36,430 nucleotides of DNA from assembly GCA_025934715.1 (NCBI GenBank), contig JAICWR010000004.1, positions 1-36,430 of the forward strand, read 5' to 3'. Positions 18,393-28,455 of the stretch are shown piece after piece (position 1 is the stretch's first letter; each line of letters opens with the position of its first letter). This DNA comes from Candidatus Saccharimonadota bacterium (GTDB lineage: Bacteria > Patescibacteriota > Saccharimonadia > Saccharimonadales > UBA10212). A model generated the notes under the pieces. The model was not told the origin of the DNA, ran no database searches, and worked only from the letters and a program-made list of their open reading frames with translations. The position numbers and the translations under genes are program-made.

Positions 18393-19667
18393 ATGTTTGT
18401 AGATAGGGTTGAAGTGAAAATCAAAGCCGGCAACGGCGGGGACGGCGCTTTGAGTTTCCGCCATGAAAAGTTCCGCGCCCGCGGCGGCCCCGACGGCGGC
18501 GATGGCGGTAACGGCGGTAACGTTACTCTAAAGGCCAGCCGTGACCAGAACACCTTGGCGGCGTTCCGGTATAAAAAACTAATCCAGGCCGGTAATGGCC
18601 AATCTGGCGGTAAACGTAAACGCCGCGGTAAAAAGGCCAATGATTTAGAAATCGCCGTGCCAGTTGGCACTATAGTGGTGAATAAACGGGGCGATGCTTT
18701 AGCGGATTTAACAGAAGACGGCCAAACGGCCACCATAGCTAATGGGGGACAGGGAGGCTTTGGCAACGCCCACTTTACCAGCTCGACCCGCCAGGCGCCG
18801 CGCCTCGCCGAAAAAGGCGAAAAGGGCGAAGAGGTCGAGGCTACCTTCGAACTGAAAATGATCGCAGATGTCGGCATCATCGGCCTGCCAAATGCCGGCA
18901 AATCCACATTGTTATCAGTTGTCAGTAGTGCCCGGCCAGAGATAGCCGCTTACCCTTTCACTACCATAACCCCTAATTTAGGGGTTGTTGATATTGACCA
19001 AAAACACAGTTTACTGCTTGCCGATATCCCCGGTCTGATAGAGGGGGCCAGCCGGGGCAAAGGGCTAGGCGATGAATTTTTACGACACGTCGAACGCACC
19101 AGCGTTTTACTTCATCTGATTGATGTTTATAGCGATGACATGGCCGGGGCCTACCAGACCATCATGAAAGAGCTGGCTGACTACAAGGTCGACTTAAGCC
19201 AAAAGCCGCAAATTGTGGCCTTAACAAAGGTGGAAGGGTTTGACGAAAAAAAACTTGATAAAAAGCTTACCCAGTTAAAACAGCTAGTTCCGCGTGGCAC
19301 TTTGGTGTCTGCGATTTCCAGCTCCGGCCAGCAGGGAATTAACGAGCTGCTGAGAATCCTACTAAAGAGAGTTGAGCAGGCGCAAAAGCAGCAAGTGCGG
19401 CGGGCAAAACGGCCGGCCCTGCCGGTCATCGGCCTCAAGCCTGCGGACAATTGGAAAGTCGAAAAAACTAATGATGGATTTTTGGTTACTGGAGGACGAA
19501 TCGAGCGCTTTGCCCGCCGCACCGATTTTGATAATGAAGACGCTATCGACCGCTTGCGTGACATCACCCGCCGCACCGGAATTCTGCGCGAAATGGAACG
19601 GCAAGGCCTTCAGCCAGGCCAAACCATAACCATTGGCCAGCCACCTATCGGTCAGATAGAATACTAA
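18393..19667 (+). CDS. obgE: GTPase Obg/CgtA with C-terminal OCT domain
   Basis: MFVD, GGPDGGDGG, GLPNAGKST, YPFTT, DIPGLIEGA, TKVE. Confidence 0.97.
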   Translation: MFVDRVEVKIKAGNGGDGALSFRHEKFRARGGPDGGDGGNGGNVTLKASRDQNTLAAFRYKKLIQAGNGQSGGKRKRRGKKANDLEIAVPVGTIVVNKRGDALADLTEDGQTATIANGGQGGFGNAHFTSSTRQAPRLAEKGEKGEEVEATFELKMIADVGIIGLPNAGKSTLLSVVSSARPEIAAYPFTTITPNLGVVDIDQKHSLLLADIPGLIEGASRGKGLGDEFLRHVERTSVLLHLIDVYSDDMAGAYQTIMKELADYKVDLSQKPQIVALTKVEGFDEKKLDKKLTQLKQLVPRGTLVSAISSSGQQGINELLRILLKRVEQAQKQQVRRAKRPALPVIGLKPADNWKVEKTNDGFLVTGGRIERFARRTDFDNEDAIDRLRDITRRTGILREMERQGLQPGQTITIGQPPIGQIEY

Positions 19668-19672
19668 GGCCG

Positions 19673-21097
19673 ATGACTTTTTATTTTTTTGATTTGGAAA
19701 CTAGCGGCTTTTCGCCACGCGATGACCGGATCATGCAGTTCGCCGGCCAGCGCACTGATATGGAACTTAACCCTATAGGTGAACCGGATAATATTTTGGT
19801 TAAAATGACGCCCGACGTCCTGCCGCAGCCGGACGCCGTGCTGGTGCACGGCATCACGCCGCAAAAAACCCTAAGTGAAGGCATCACAGAAGCCGAGCTA
19901 TGTAAATACTCAACAAGTCAAGTATTTACCAAAGACACTATCGCCGTTGGTTATAACAACCTTCGTTTCGATAATGATTTCATCCGCTTTATATTCTGGC
20001 GTAACTTCACAGATGCTTATGAATGGGCCTGGAAGGATGGTTGTAGCACCTGGGACCTGCTGGATGTAACTCGGATGACGCGGGCGTTGCGGCCGGAGGG
20101 GATTGAGTGGCCGTTCGCGCCCGACGGCAAACCGACCAACAGTCTGGAATACCTGACCGCAGTCAATAAGCTAGACCATATCGATGCCCATGATGCCCTC
20201 AGTGACGTTAACGCTTCGCTGGCTTGGGCACGTTTACTTAGGAAAAAACAGCCGAAGCTATTCGATTTTTTGCTAGCGCACCGCCAGAAAACCAAAATCG
20301 CGCCACTGGTGACAGCCGGCAAGCCACTGGTTTACACAAGCGGTCGTTACCCTAGTGAATTTAACAAGACCACCGTGGCCGTGATGGTAGCTGAACTTCC
20401 GGACAAATCCGGGTCTTTAATGTACGACCTCCGGACTGACCCTGACGAATTTAAGGACATGCCAGCCGCGGAACTAGCTAAACGATGGAAAGACCGCGGC
20501 GATGACGCCCCTTATTTCCCGGTCAAAGTACTCAAATATAATCGCTGCCCAGCCGTCGCGCCCTTAGAAGTGCTTGAAAAGGATGATGGTTATGAAAAAC
20601 TCAAACTACACAAAGAAATCGTTAAAAAACACCTGCAAAAACTTATGGCGGCTAAGGGTTTTTGCGATAAACTGTTGGAAGCCCAAGAAGATTTGTGGCC
20701 GAAACGTCAAGCCGGGCTGGTAGAGGACCCGCAGAAAGTCGACAGCCAGCTATATGACAAATTCATTAGCGATGAAGATAAAACCAAAATGAGCGCGGTC
20801 AGGGCAGCCAAGCCGGACGGACTAGCGAAGTTAAATATGGAGTTCAAAGACGGCCGGCTCAATCTGTTGCTGCCACTTTATAAAGCCCGCAATTATCCTA
20901 AATTACTCAGCAGTGATGAAAAAATATCCTGGGACGGTTTCCGTGAACAAAAACTGGCTACTAATGGTAAAGCCGATAACTTCTTTAAGCGGCTGGACGA
21001 GCTTGCTAAAACGCCTGGCCTTGACGGCGAAAAGAAGTATCTGCTGGAAGAACTGAACCTCTACGCCCAGTCAGTTTTGCCTACAGGTGTAAGCTGA
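19673..21097 (+). CDS. sbcB: Exodeoxyribonuclease I
   Basis: DEDDh motifs DLETSG, GYNNLRFD, HDALSDV; also QFAGQRTD, LRPEGIEWP and YKARNYP. Confidence 0.93.
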   Translation: MTFYFFDLETSGFSPRDDRIMQFAGQRTDMELNPIGEPDNILVKMTPDVLPQPDAVLVHGITPQKTLSEGITEAELCKYSTSQVFTKDTIAVGYNNLRFDNDFIRFIFWRNFTDAYEWAWKDGCSTWDLLDVTRMTRALRPEGIEWPFAPDGKPTNSLEYLTAVNKLDHIDAHDALSDVNASLAWARLLRKKQPKLFDFLLAHRQKTKIAPLVTAGKPLVYTSGRYPSEFNKTTVAVMVAELPDKSGSLMYDLRTDPDEFKDMPAAELAKRWKDRGDDAPYFPVKVLKYNRCPAVAPLEVLEKDDGYEKLKLHKEIVKKHLQKLMAAKGFCDKLLEAQEDLWPKRQAGLVEDPQKVDSQLYDKFISDEDKTKMSAVRAAKPDGLAKLNMEFKDGRLNLLLPLYKARNYPKLLSSDEKISWDGFREQKLATNGKADNFFKRLDELAKTPGLDGEKKYLLEELNLYAQSVLPTGVS

Positions 21098-21290
21098 GCT
21101 GGCTGCCGGGGCGCGTCGTCAGATAGATTTTTATATAAAACCAATATCGTTCAATGCCGGCAAGGGTTATATGCCGGCGGTAAGCATAAACCAACAGGCC
21201 CGCCACCGGTAACAGAACTAGATATTCGTAAAAAGTAATTTGTAAGTTAGTTCCGGGAATTTGTCCCAGTACGACAATCTCGTTAATCAT
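21081..21290 (-). CDS. Small hypothetical membrane protein
   Basis: 69 aa with one TM helix; GAGGTGG upstream of the start on the minus strand; convergent overlap with sbcB. Confidence 0.6.
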   Translation of the reverse strand: MINEIVVLGQIPGTNLQITFYEYLVLLPVAGLLVYAYRRHITLAGIERYWFYIKIYLTTRPGSQLSLHL

Positions 21291-21445
21291 CGTCCACCTC
21301 GCTATTTAGCTAAACAGTAGCACTAATTTGCTAATTAAGCAAGCGTATTATAAACATAAGCTTGTATGGTGTGGAAATAACTTGATTTTTGTCAAAAATA
21401 AGCGGAAAATTAACCTAAAGCCCAAAAACAAAAAGGAAAATAAAA

Positions 21446-21985
21446 ATGCCAAATGATTCCGAATTGCCGTCAGGTGGTGAAAATCAAACAGCGGAGAATC
21501 TGACTATGCCTCAGCCGGGGGCTGAAGTTACGCCAATAACACCGCAAATTAGGCAAAACGAAGGTGCAATGGCTCACGAATCGCACGGCTATTCTGTTAA
21601 AGCTCCCTCGGAAGAAACTGTAAGCGTACCCGTTCGTGTAGAAGATCCTGAAAAAGCCAGAGTTATGGCGGACGCCGAAGCACCAGATAGAGACGACGCA
21701 GCTGAATTGAGAAATCAAGCGGCTGTACTCTCTGAAGCAAATGGCGCAGCGGATTATGAATTCGCTGATGACTTAGCACGAGATGCGGATATGGTCGATG
21801 GCGTTGCTGAAAAAGCAGGAGAAGAAGCTGGCAGGCAATACGATGCTGAGCATGCTGCGGAAAAGGGCGTATATATAACTCAAGAAACTTTCGATAAGGT
21901 AAGTAGAGCTTTAGCTGACGCACAGCAACTTTTGGAAGATTCCCGCAGCGGAAAACTCCGAGAACAAGCTGAATCCGAGCCCTAG
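21446..21985 (+). CDS. Acidic, helical hypothetical protein
   Basis: 179-aa E/D/A-rich ORF with an A-rich leader containing AAGGA. Confidence 0.7.
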   Translation: MPNDSELPSGGENQTAENLTMPQPGAEVTPITPQIRQNEGAMAHESHGYSVKAPSEETVSVPVRVEDPEKARVMADAEAPDRDDAAELRNQAAVLSEANGAADYEFADDLARDADMVDGVAEKAGEEAGRQYDAEHAAEKGVYITQETFDKVSRALADAQQLLEDSRSGKLREQAESEP

Positions 21986-22028
21986 GTCTAGAAAAGTTTA
22001 GCCAAAGTCTGTATAATACTTTGGCTAA

Positions 22029-24842
22029 ATGAGCGAGTTTATATCTGTTAGAGGCGCGCGCGAGCATAATCTAAAGAACATTTCTTTGGAAATCCCGCGC
22101 AATCAGCTGGTGGTGATCACCGGCCTGTCCGGCTCTGGTAAATCAAGCCTGGCATTTGATACCATTTACGCCGAAGGCCAGCGCCGGTATGTAGAATCAT
22201 TGAGCGCCTACGCCCGGCAATTTTTAGGCCTGATGGAAAAGCCGGACGTTGACCAAATCGACGGTTTAAGCCCGGCCATCAGCATCGACCAGAAATCAAC
22301 CAGTCGCAATCCCCGAAGCACTGTAGCTACAGTGACAGAAGTTTATGACTATTTACGCCTACTGTTCGCCCGCATCGGTGTGCCGCACTGCCCAGTCTGC
22401 GGGAAACCGGTTAACCGTCAAACCTCCACGGCGGTCATTGATAAAATAGCCGGCGGCGAAAAAGACAGCCGCTTGATTATCTTGGCGCCCATTGTAGTTG
22501 ATAAAAAAGGCCAGTTCGAGCATATCCCGGAGCAGTACATGAGGGCTGGTTTTGCCCGCGCCCGGGTCGATGGAGTTATTTACGCGTTGGATGAATTCCC
22601 AACGCTCAACCGGAATTACAAGCACAATATCGAGGTTGTGGTCGACCGTTTGACAAACACCGCCGAGAACCGCGGCCGGCTGGCCCAAAGCGTGGAGCAA
22701 GCCTTTGACATTGCCGACGGGCTGTTAATTGTGAATGACGCCGATAAAAAAACCGACACTCTTTATAGCTTAAAATACGCCTGCGTCGACCATCCTGATG
22801 TGGCTATACCGGAACTCGAACCACGAACTTTCAGTTTTAACAGTCCGCATGGCGCCTGCCCGGTCTGCACCGGTTTGGGTAGCCGGCTGGAAGTCGACCC
22901 CGAGTTAGTGATACCTAATGGCCGGCTGACTATCGCCGAAGGCGCGATTAGGCCCTATAACCGGGTGACCACCGATGCCTGGTGGCTGAAAAAACTCCAG
23001 GCTGTAGGTGAGCGCTACGGGTTTTCTATTCATAAATCCACTGGCGAACTTACTCCCAAACAGCTGGAAATCATCATGTACGGCACCGGCGATGAGACGT
23101 ATCGGGTCAGCTTGGGTATGGGCCGTTCCTTCAACACCACTTATGAAGGGGTTATACCGAATCTGGAGCGGCGGCACCGTGAAACGGAAAGTGACTTTAT
23201 CCGCCGTGACATAGAGCGCTTTATGATGGAGCGGCCTTGCACCGCTTGCCAGGGCAAACGCCTAAAGCCGGAGGTCCTGGCCGTGACCGTGCACAACAGT
23301 TCAATAATGGATATTTGCGAACTAGACATCGATAAAGCGATTGATTTTTTCAGTTCCATGAAGCTCAGCCAGACCGAAGCCAAAATCGCCCACCAAATCC
23401 TTAAAGAAATCAATGCCCGGCTGAAATTTCTGCAGGACGTGGGGTTGAATTATTTAAACCTGGCCCGCAGCGCCGTCAGCTTATCTGGCGGCGAGGCCCA
23501 GCGCATCCGGCTGGCCACCCAAATCGGCTCTGGATTGCAGGGAGTTTTGTATGTGCTCGATGAGCCCAGTATCGGCCTGCACCAGCGGGACAACAGACGA
23601 CTGCTAAATACCTTGGAGCGATTGCGGGATTTGGGGAACAGCGTGCTGGTGGTCGAGCATGACGAAGAAACCATCCGCACGGCCGATTATTTGGTGGATA
23701 TCGGGCCGGGGGCCGGAATCCACGGTGGTAAAGTGGTGGCGGCCGGCCCGCCGCAGCAGGTGGCCAAGGCCGATAAAAGCATCACCTCTGAATTTTTGCG
23801 CGGCGAGCGCAAAATCCACATCCCCAAAAAGCGGCGGGCCGGCAGCGGCAATTCATTGTTTATTAAAGGCGCCCGCGAAAACAACCTGAAAAATATCGAT
23901 GTGAAGATACCGCTGGGCCAGCTGGTGGTCGTCAGCGGGGTATCCGGCAGCGGTAAATCGAGTTTGATAAATGATATTTTGGCCAAAGAGCTGAGCGCCC
24001 GATTGATGCGGGCCCAAGCTGTGCCCGGGCGGCACGACGACATCGAAGGTATTAAACAACTGGATAAAGCAATAGTCATCGACCAATCGCCCATCGGCCG
24101 CACGCCGCGCAGCAACCCGGCTACCTACACCGGAGTCTTCACGCCCATAAGGGAGCTGTTTGCCCAAATGCCAGAAGCGCGGTTGCGTGGCTATAGCCCT
24201 GGCCGGTTCAGTTTTAATGTCAAAGGCGGCCGCTGCGAAAACAGCCGCGGCGACGGAGTCATAAAGATAGAAATGCACTTTATGCCGGATGTTTACGTGC
24301 CGTGCGAGGTCTGCCATGGCAAGCGCTATAACCGCGAGGCCCTGGAAATCCACTATAAAGGAAAGACAATCAGCGACGTGCTGGAAATGACCTGCGAGCA
24401 GGCTCTGGAATTTTTCGGCAACATCCCGGCCGTCGCCCGTAAACTCCAAACTTTAGTGGATGTCGGCCTGGGCTACATCACCCTCGGCCAGCCGGCCACG
24501 ACGTTGTCCGGCGGCGAAGCCCAGCGTATCAAGCTGGCCAGCGAGCTGTCCCGCCGCCCAACCGGCCGGACGCTCTATATCCTTGACGAACCGACCACCG
24601 GCCTGCATATGGCCGACGTCGACAAACTCCTAAACGTCCTGCACGCCCTGGTGGATGCCGGCAACAGCATGATCGTCATCGAGCACAACCTAGATGTCAT
24701 CAAAAATGCTGACCATATCATTGATTTAGGTCCGGAGGGCGGCGAAGCCGGCGGCCTGGTTGTCGCCGAGGGCACCCCAGAGCAGGTCGCCAAGGCCAAG
24801 GACAGCTACACCGGCCAATTCCTTTCTAAACTGTTCCTTTAA
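22029..24842 (+). CDS. uvrA: Excinuclease ABC subunit A
   Basis: GAREHNLKN, two Walker A motifs ([18 protein letters not shown]), two LSGGEAQR signatures, LDEPSIGLH and LDEPTTGLH. Confidence 0.98.
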   Translation: MSEFISVRGAREHNLKNISLEIPRNQLVVITGLSGSGKSSLAFDTIYAEGQRRYVESLSAYARQFLGLMEKPDVDQIDGLSPAISIDQKSTSRNPRSTVATVTEVYDYLRLLFARIGVPHCPVCGKPVNRQTSTAVIDKIAGGEKDSRLIILAPIVVDKKGQFEHIPEQYMRAGFARARVDGVIYALDEFPTLNRNYKHNIEVVVDRLTNTAENRGRLAQSVEQAFDIADGLLIVNDADKKTDTLYSLKYACVDHPDVAIPELEPRTFSFNSPHGACPVCTGLGSRLEVDPELVIPNGRLTIAEGAIRPYNRVTTDAWWLKKLQAVGERYGFSIHKSTGELTPKQLEIIMYGTGDETYRVSLGMGRSFNTTYEGVIPNLERRHRETESDFIRRDIERFMMERPCTACQGKRLKPEVLAVTVHNSSIMDICELDIDKAIDFFSSMKLSQTEAKIAHQILKEINARLKFLQDVGLNYLNLARSAVSLSGGEAQRIRLATQIGSGLQGVLYVLDEPSIGLHQRDNRRLLNTLERLRDLGNSVLVVEHDEETIRTADYLVDIGPGAGIHGGKVVAAGPPQQVAKADKSITSEFLRGERKIHIPKKRRAGSGNSLFIKGARENNLKNIDVKIPLGQLVVVSGVSGSGKSSLINDILAKELSARLMRAQAVPGRHDDIEGIKQLDKAIVIDQSPIGRTPRSNPATYTGVFTPIRELFAQMPEARLRGYSPGRFSFNVKGGRCENSRGDGVIKIEMHFMPDVYVPCEVCHGKRYNREALEIHYKGKTISDVLEMTCEQALEFFGNIPAVARKLQTLVDVGLGYITLGQPATTLSGGEAQRIKLASELSRRPTGRTLYILDEPTTGLHMADVDKLLNVLHALVDAGNSMIVIEHNLDVIKNADHIIDLGPEGGEAGGLVVAEGTPEQVAKAKDSYTGQFLSKLFL

Positions 24843-25492
24843 TCTTCAGGTTTATGTCTGAAAAAATAATCCCACTCTTCTTTCAAGCCTTTTTTGAAAC
24901 TGCGCCGGCGCTCCGGGTTTTTAGCGATTCCCCAGATTGCCACACCGTAAAGCAAGATCAACCCGGCGAGCAGGGCGGGGAAGAAATATTCATCGATGTG
25001 GGGCACGCTGGTTCCCAACCAGTAACCAATCAGGGTGATGCTCGTTCCCCACAACGCCGCGCTGATGGCGTTGTATAAAAAATAAGTGCGCTTATCCATC
25101 TTGCCGGCGCCGGCAATAGCTGAGACCAGCGTCCGGATATGGGCGATGAAGCGTGCGGCTATCAATGTGGCCGCGCCGTATTTATCCAAAAATTCTTTGG
25201 TCCGGCTGATATACTCTTCGCGGAACAATAGGCCGGTCTTGCGCTTAAACAGTCGCGGCCCGGCGCGTTCACCGATGACGTAACCTACCTGGTACCCAAG
25301 TATGGCCGATATGATCACTACCAAAAGCAGCCACAATAATGAAAGTTTGCCTTGCCCGGCGAATAAGCCCCCGGTCAGCAGGAGGGTGTCTCCAGGCAGA
25401 AAAATCCCAAGCAGTAATCCGCTTTCAGCGAAAATAGTGAAACCGACCGCTAACAGGCCTCCCGCCTGCAGGATGTGGCTCGCATTAAACAT
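24839..25492 (-). CDS. dedA: DedA family membrane protein
   Basis: [37 protein letters not shown]. Confidence 0.9.
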   Translation of the reverse strand: MFNASHILQAGGLLAVGFTIFAESGLLLGIFLPGDTLLLTGGLFAGQGKLSLLWLLLVVIISAILGYQVGYVIGERAGPRLFKRKTGLLFREEYISRTKEFLDKYGAATLIAARFIAHIRTLVSAIAGAGKMDKRTYFLYNAISAALWGTSITLIGYWLGTSVPHIDEYFFPALLAGLILLYGVAIWGIAKNPERRRSFKKGLKEEWDYFFRHKPED

Positions 25493-25560
25493 ATATTCAT
25501 TGTATGCTTACCTCTTAAATTTTGGTATAATACCCCTGAACGATAAGGAGTTCTTTTTTT

Positions 25561-26277
25561 ATGGCTGATATTGACGCGCCCGTGAAACTGGAGCAAAGGA
25601 CTGTCATCGGCAAGGGCTTAAACCACCTGCGCCGTGATGGCAGTGTACCAGCGGTTATCCATAACCACGGCCAGGATTCTATCCACGTGATGGGTCCGGA
25701 GCGCGAGCTGGCGAAGGTTTACCATACCGCTGGCAAGCACCACCCGCTTAACCTGGAGGTCGGCACCGACAAATTCCTGGCGCTTATAAAAGACGCCTAT
25801 TTTAATCCGGTGAACCGCCGGTTACAGCATGTGGTTTTTCAAGCGATTAAGCAGGACGAGAAAGTCGAAGCTGAAGTTCCGATCCGGCTGGAAGGCGAAA
25901 TTCCGGCGGAGAAAATCGGCCTGATGATCCTGCACCAACTGGACCACGTCGAAGTTGAGGCTTTGCCCCGGAACCTGCCGGACGAGCTGGTGGCCGATGC
26001 CACTAAGCTAGCCGAACTAGGAGACGAGATAACCGTGGCCGACCTTCAAGTGCCAGACGGCGTGACAGTGTTAACCGAAGCAGAACACCCTATAGCCCGG
26101 GCGGTCGAGACTAAAGCCATGATTTCCGAGGAGGAATTGCAGGCTGAAGAAGCGTCGGCCGAGGAAGGCGAAGAAGGCGAGACCGCCGATGGCGCGGCAA
26201 GCGAGCCCGGACAAGCCCAAGACGGCGCGGAAGGCGAAGCTGCTGGCCAACAGGCTTCCGACAAGCCAAGCGAATAA
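25561..26277 (+). CDS. rplY: 50S ribosomal protein L25 (long Ctc form)
   Basis: GKGLNHLRRDGSVPAVI, VEVEALPRNLP and an acidic tail. Confidence 0.93.
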   Translation: MADIDAPVKLEQRTVIGKGLNHLRRDGSVPAVIHNHGQDSIHVMGPERELAKVYHTAGKHHPLNLEVGTDKFLALIKDAYFNPVNRRLQHVVFQAIKQDEKVEAEVPIRLEGEIPAEKIGLMILHQLDHVEVEALPRNLPDELVADATKLAELGDEITVADLQVPDGVTVLTEAEHPIARAVETKAMISEEELQAEEASAEEGEEGETADGAASEPGQAQDGAEGEAAGQQASDKPSE

Positions 26278-26321
26278 ATACTCAATTTGTTAAGTGTTTT
26301 CGTAGGCCTATAATTTAGCTG

Positions 26322-27827
26322 ATGAATAAGAAGCTGGAAAAGAAGCTTAAAGGTCTGCCGCAGTCACCTGGTGTCTATTTTCATAAGAACGCCAAAGGTG
26401 AAATTATCTACATCGGTAAAGCGGCAAGTTTACGTAGCCGGGTGCGCCAGTATTTTCAAAATAGCCGGGTGCGCGACCCTAAGACAGACTTACTGGTTTC
26501 AGAAATATCGGATATAGAATGGACTGAGCTGGAGAGCGAAGCCGACGCTTTGTTTTTGGAGGCCGAGCTGGTCAAACGCTACTTACCGCCCTACAATATC
26601 CTGCTGCGTGATGATAAATCCCAGCTGTATGTAAGGATCGACTATAAAAGTGATTATCCGACTGTCACGACCGTGCGGCGCCCGCTGGATGATGGCGCCC
26701 GCTATTTTGGCCCATATTTGAACGGTTTTGCCGTCCGTAAGGCTCTGCGTTATTTGCGGCGGGCATTCCCATATGCGGTCAGCCGTCCGGTTAACCAAAA
26801 ACGAGCTAGCTTGCATTATCACCTAGGGCTCGACCCGGGCCTGGAAGATGGGCGTACTACCCTATCTGATTATCGGGCTAACCTGCGTAAACTAATGCAG
26901 TACCTAAAAGGCGAGCGGGTGGCCCTGATGCGTTCGATTGAAAGTGAGATGAAAAAAGCTGCCAAAGCTCAGGATTTTGAGCAAGCCGCAAAGCTGCGCA
27001 ATCAGTTAGGCGCCCTGCGTACCTTGGGACGCCAGACTATCTTTGGCGACCGGGAAATAATCGAGGCCAGCAGCGACCAGGCCCTGGTGGAATTATGTGA
27101 TCTGTTGGGCCTGGCCCGGCCGCCGCGCCGCATAGAGGGGTTTGATATCAGCCATCTACAGGGAACCGATAACGTCGCCAGCATGGTGGTGTTTGTTAAT
27201 GGTTTGCCCGATAAGGCCAACTACCGGAAGTTCAAAATGCGCTTGGCTGGCAACGACGATTTCGGCCATATGGCCGAGACAATCAAGCGGCGGCTTCGCG
27301 ACGAGAATGTTAAAAAATGGGGATTGGGCGACCTGATGCTGATTGACGGCGGAAAAGGGCAGCTGCGGGCGGCGCTTGGCGCCCGGGAGGCCTGCGGTAA
27401 GAAGATTCCGATGATAGGCCTCGCCAAGCGCCGGGAAGAAATCATAGTCGCCAAGGCCGAAATTGTTCCCGAAGAGGTGCCAAAACTGGTCAGCCGCGCT
27501 AAAACCGCTGGCGCCTATGTGGCCGAAACCCCAGATTTCATAAATATAGACCTCCCGTCCGGTTCACATATAGTCAAGCTGCTGCAGCGTATCCGTGACG
27601 AGTCGCACCGTTTTGCCGTCAGCTATCACAGCACCCTCAAGGCCCGCCGGCAAACCGCCAGCGCGCTAGACGAAGTGCCGGGCATAGGGCCGAACACCCG
27701 CAAGAAGCTTATCAGGCACTTTGGGTCGGCCCGGGCTGTCATTAACGCCGACACCGCCCAGCTGCAGAGCCTTTTGGGAAATAGGCGTGGCAGGCAGATC
27801 GCTAAATATTTAACCGCCTTACGCTAA
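26322..27827 (+). CDS. uvrC: Excinuclease ABC subunit C
   Basis: PGVY...IYIGKA..LRSRV, PPYNILLRDDK, UVR motif FEQAAKLRN, RIEGFDIS, IDGGKGQ, RDESHRFA and HhH motif VPGIGP. Confidence 0.95.
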   Translation: MNKKLEKKLKGLPQSPGVYFHKNAKGEIIYIGKAASLRSRVRQYFQNSRVRDPKTDLLVSEISDIEWTELESEADALFLEAELVKRYLPPYNILLRDDKSQLYVRIDYKSDYPTVTTVRRPLDDGARYFGPYLNGFAVRKALRYLRRAFPYAVSRPVNQKRASLHYHLGLDPGLEDGRTTLSDYRANLRKLMQYLKGERVALMRSIESEMKKAAKAQDFEQAAKLRNQLGALRTLGRQTIFGDREIIEASSDQALVELCDLLGLARPPRRIEGFDISHLQGTDNVASMVVFVNGLPDKANYRKFKMRLAGNDDFGHMAETIKRRLRDENVKKWGLGDLMLIDGGKGQLRAALGAREACGKKIPMIGLAKRREEIIVAKAEIVPEEVPKLVSRAKTAGAYVAETPDFINIDLPSGSHIVKLLQRIRDESHRFAVSYHSTLKARRQTASALDEVPGIGPNTRKKLIRHFGSARAVINADTAQLQSLLGNRRGRQIAKYLTALR

Positions 27828-27847
27828 AATTGGTACAATAGACAGTG

Positions 27848-28216
27848 ATGGCTAGGCGTTTGTTGACCAGATTACTGGTACGCTGGGCGGTGTCAGCTCT
27901 GGGACTTTGGATAGCTTCGGCCATCTTAGGGTCCAGCCATTTGGACATTGGCAACGGCTGGAAAACGGTCATCATCGCCGGCCTATTCTTAGCGTTGGTT
28001 AACATGGCCATCAAGCCCTTGCTGGTTATCCTCTCCATCCCGGCCATCATCCTGAGCCTCGGTTTGTTCATGCTGGTGGTCAACGGCTTCTTAATACTGC
28101 TCGTACATTGGATTTATAACCCGCTTTACGTCAAAAACATAGGTTGGGCTATCCTGGCGGGCATCATAATCGGCCTGGTTAATTTTTTGGTGACTAAAAT
28201 TTTGGAGGACATATAA
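27848..28216 (+). CDS. YvlD / 4-TM phage-holin-family membrane protein
   Basis: LVNMAIKPLL..LSIP..ILSLGLF.LVVNG motif. Confidence 0.85.
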   Translation: MARRLLTRLLVRWAVSALGLWIASAILGSSHLDIGNGWKTVIIAGLFLALVNMAIKPLLVILSIPAIILSLGLFMLVVNGFLILLVHWIYNPLYVKNIGWAILAGIIIGLVNFLVTKILEDI

Positions 28217-28217
28217 A

Positions 28218-28433
28218 TTGAACATTTGGAACTATATCACCCTGGTAAGCGTCGTCCTATTAGTGATTCTCATATTAGTGCAGACCAGAGGCGCCAGTTT
28301 GGGTGCTGGCCTTGGCGGCGGCGGCGAAGTTAACACCGTCCGGCGCGGCTCTGATAAGACCCTGCACCAGTTGACCATCATTTTGGTTTTCATTTTCGCG
28401 GCCAGCATCATAATGGACATAGTGGCTAAATAA
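28218..28433 (+). CDS. secG: Preprotein translocase subunit SecG
   Basis: ILVQTRGASLGAGLGG...RRGSDKTLHQLT; TTG start preceded by GGAGG. Confidence 0.9.
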   Translation: MNIWNYITLVSVVLLVILILVQTRGASLGAGLGGGGEVNTVRRGSDKTLHQLTIILVFIFAASIIMDIVAK

Positions 28434-28455
28434 GGGCGGCGCCGGCTCCGCAGCT

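Noticed and set aside
21318-21335. CIRCE-like TAGCACT...GCTAA
   Set aside because: Spacing and right arm do not fit TTAGCACTC-N9-GAGTGCTAA, and no chaperone gene is adjacent.
13106-24799. Long antisense ORFs such as 13106..13849, 14287..14841, 18371..18907 and 23853..24449
   Set aside because: They lie wholly opposite well-supported genes and have no recognisable motifs.
13880-28216. Prophage suggested by baseplate-J-like, holin-family and CHAP genes
   Set aside because: These genes are dispersed among housekeeping genes, with no integrase, terminase, capsid or tail genes.
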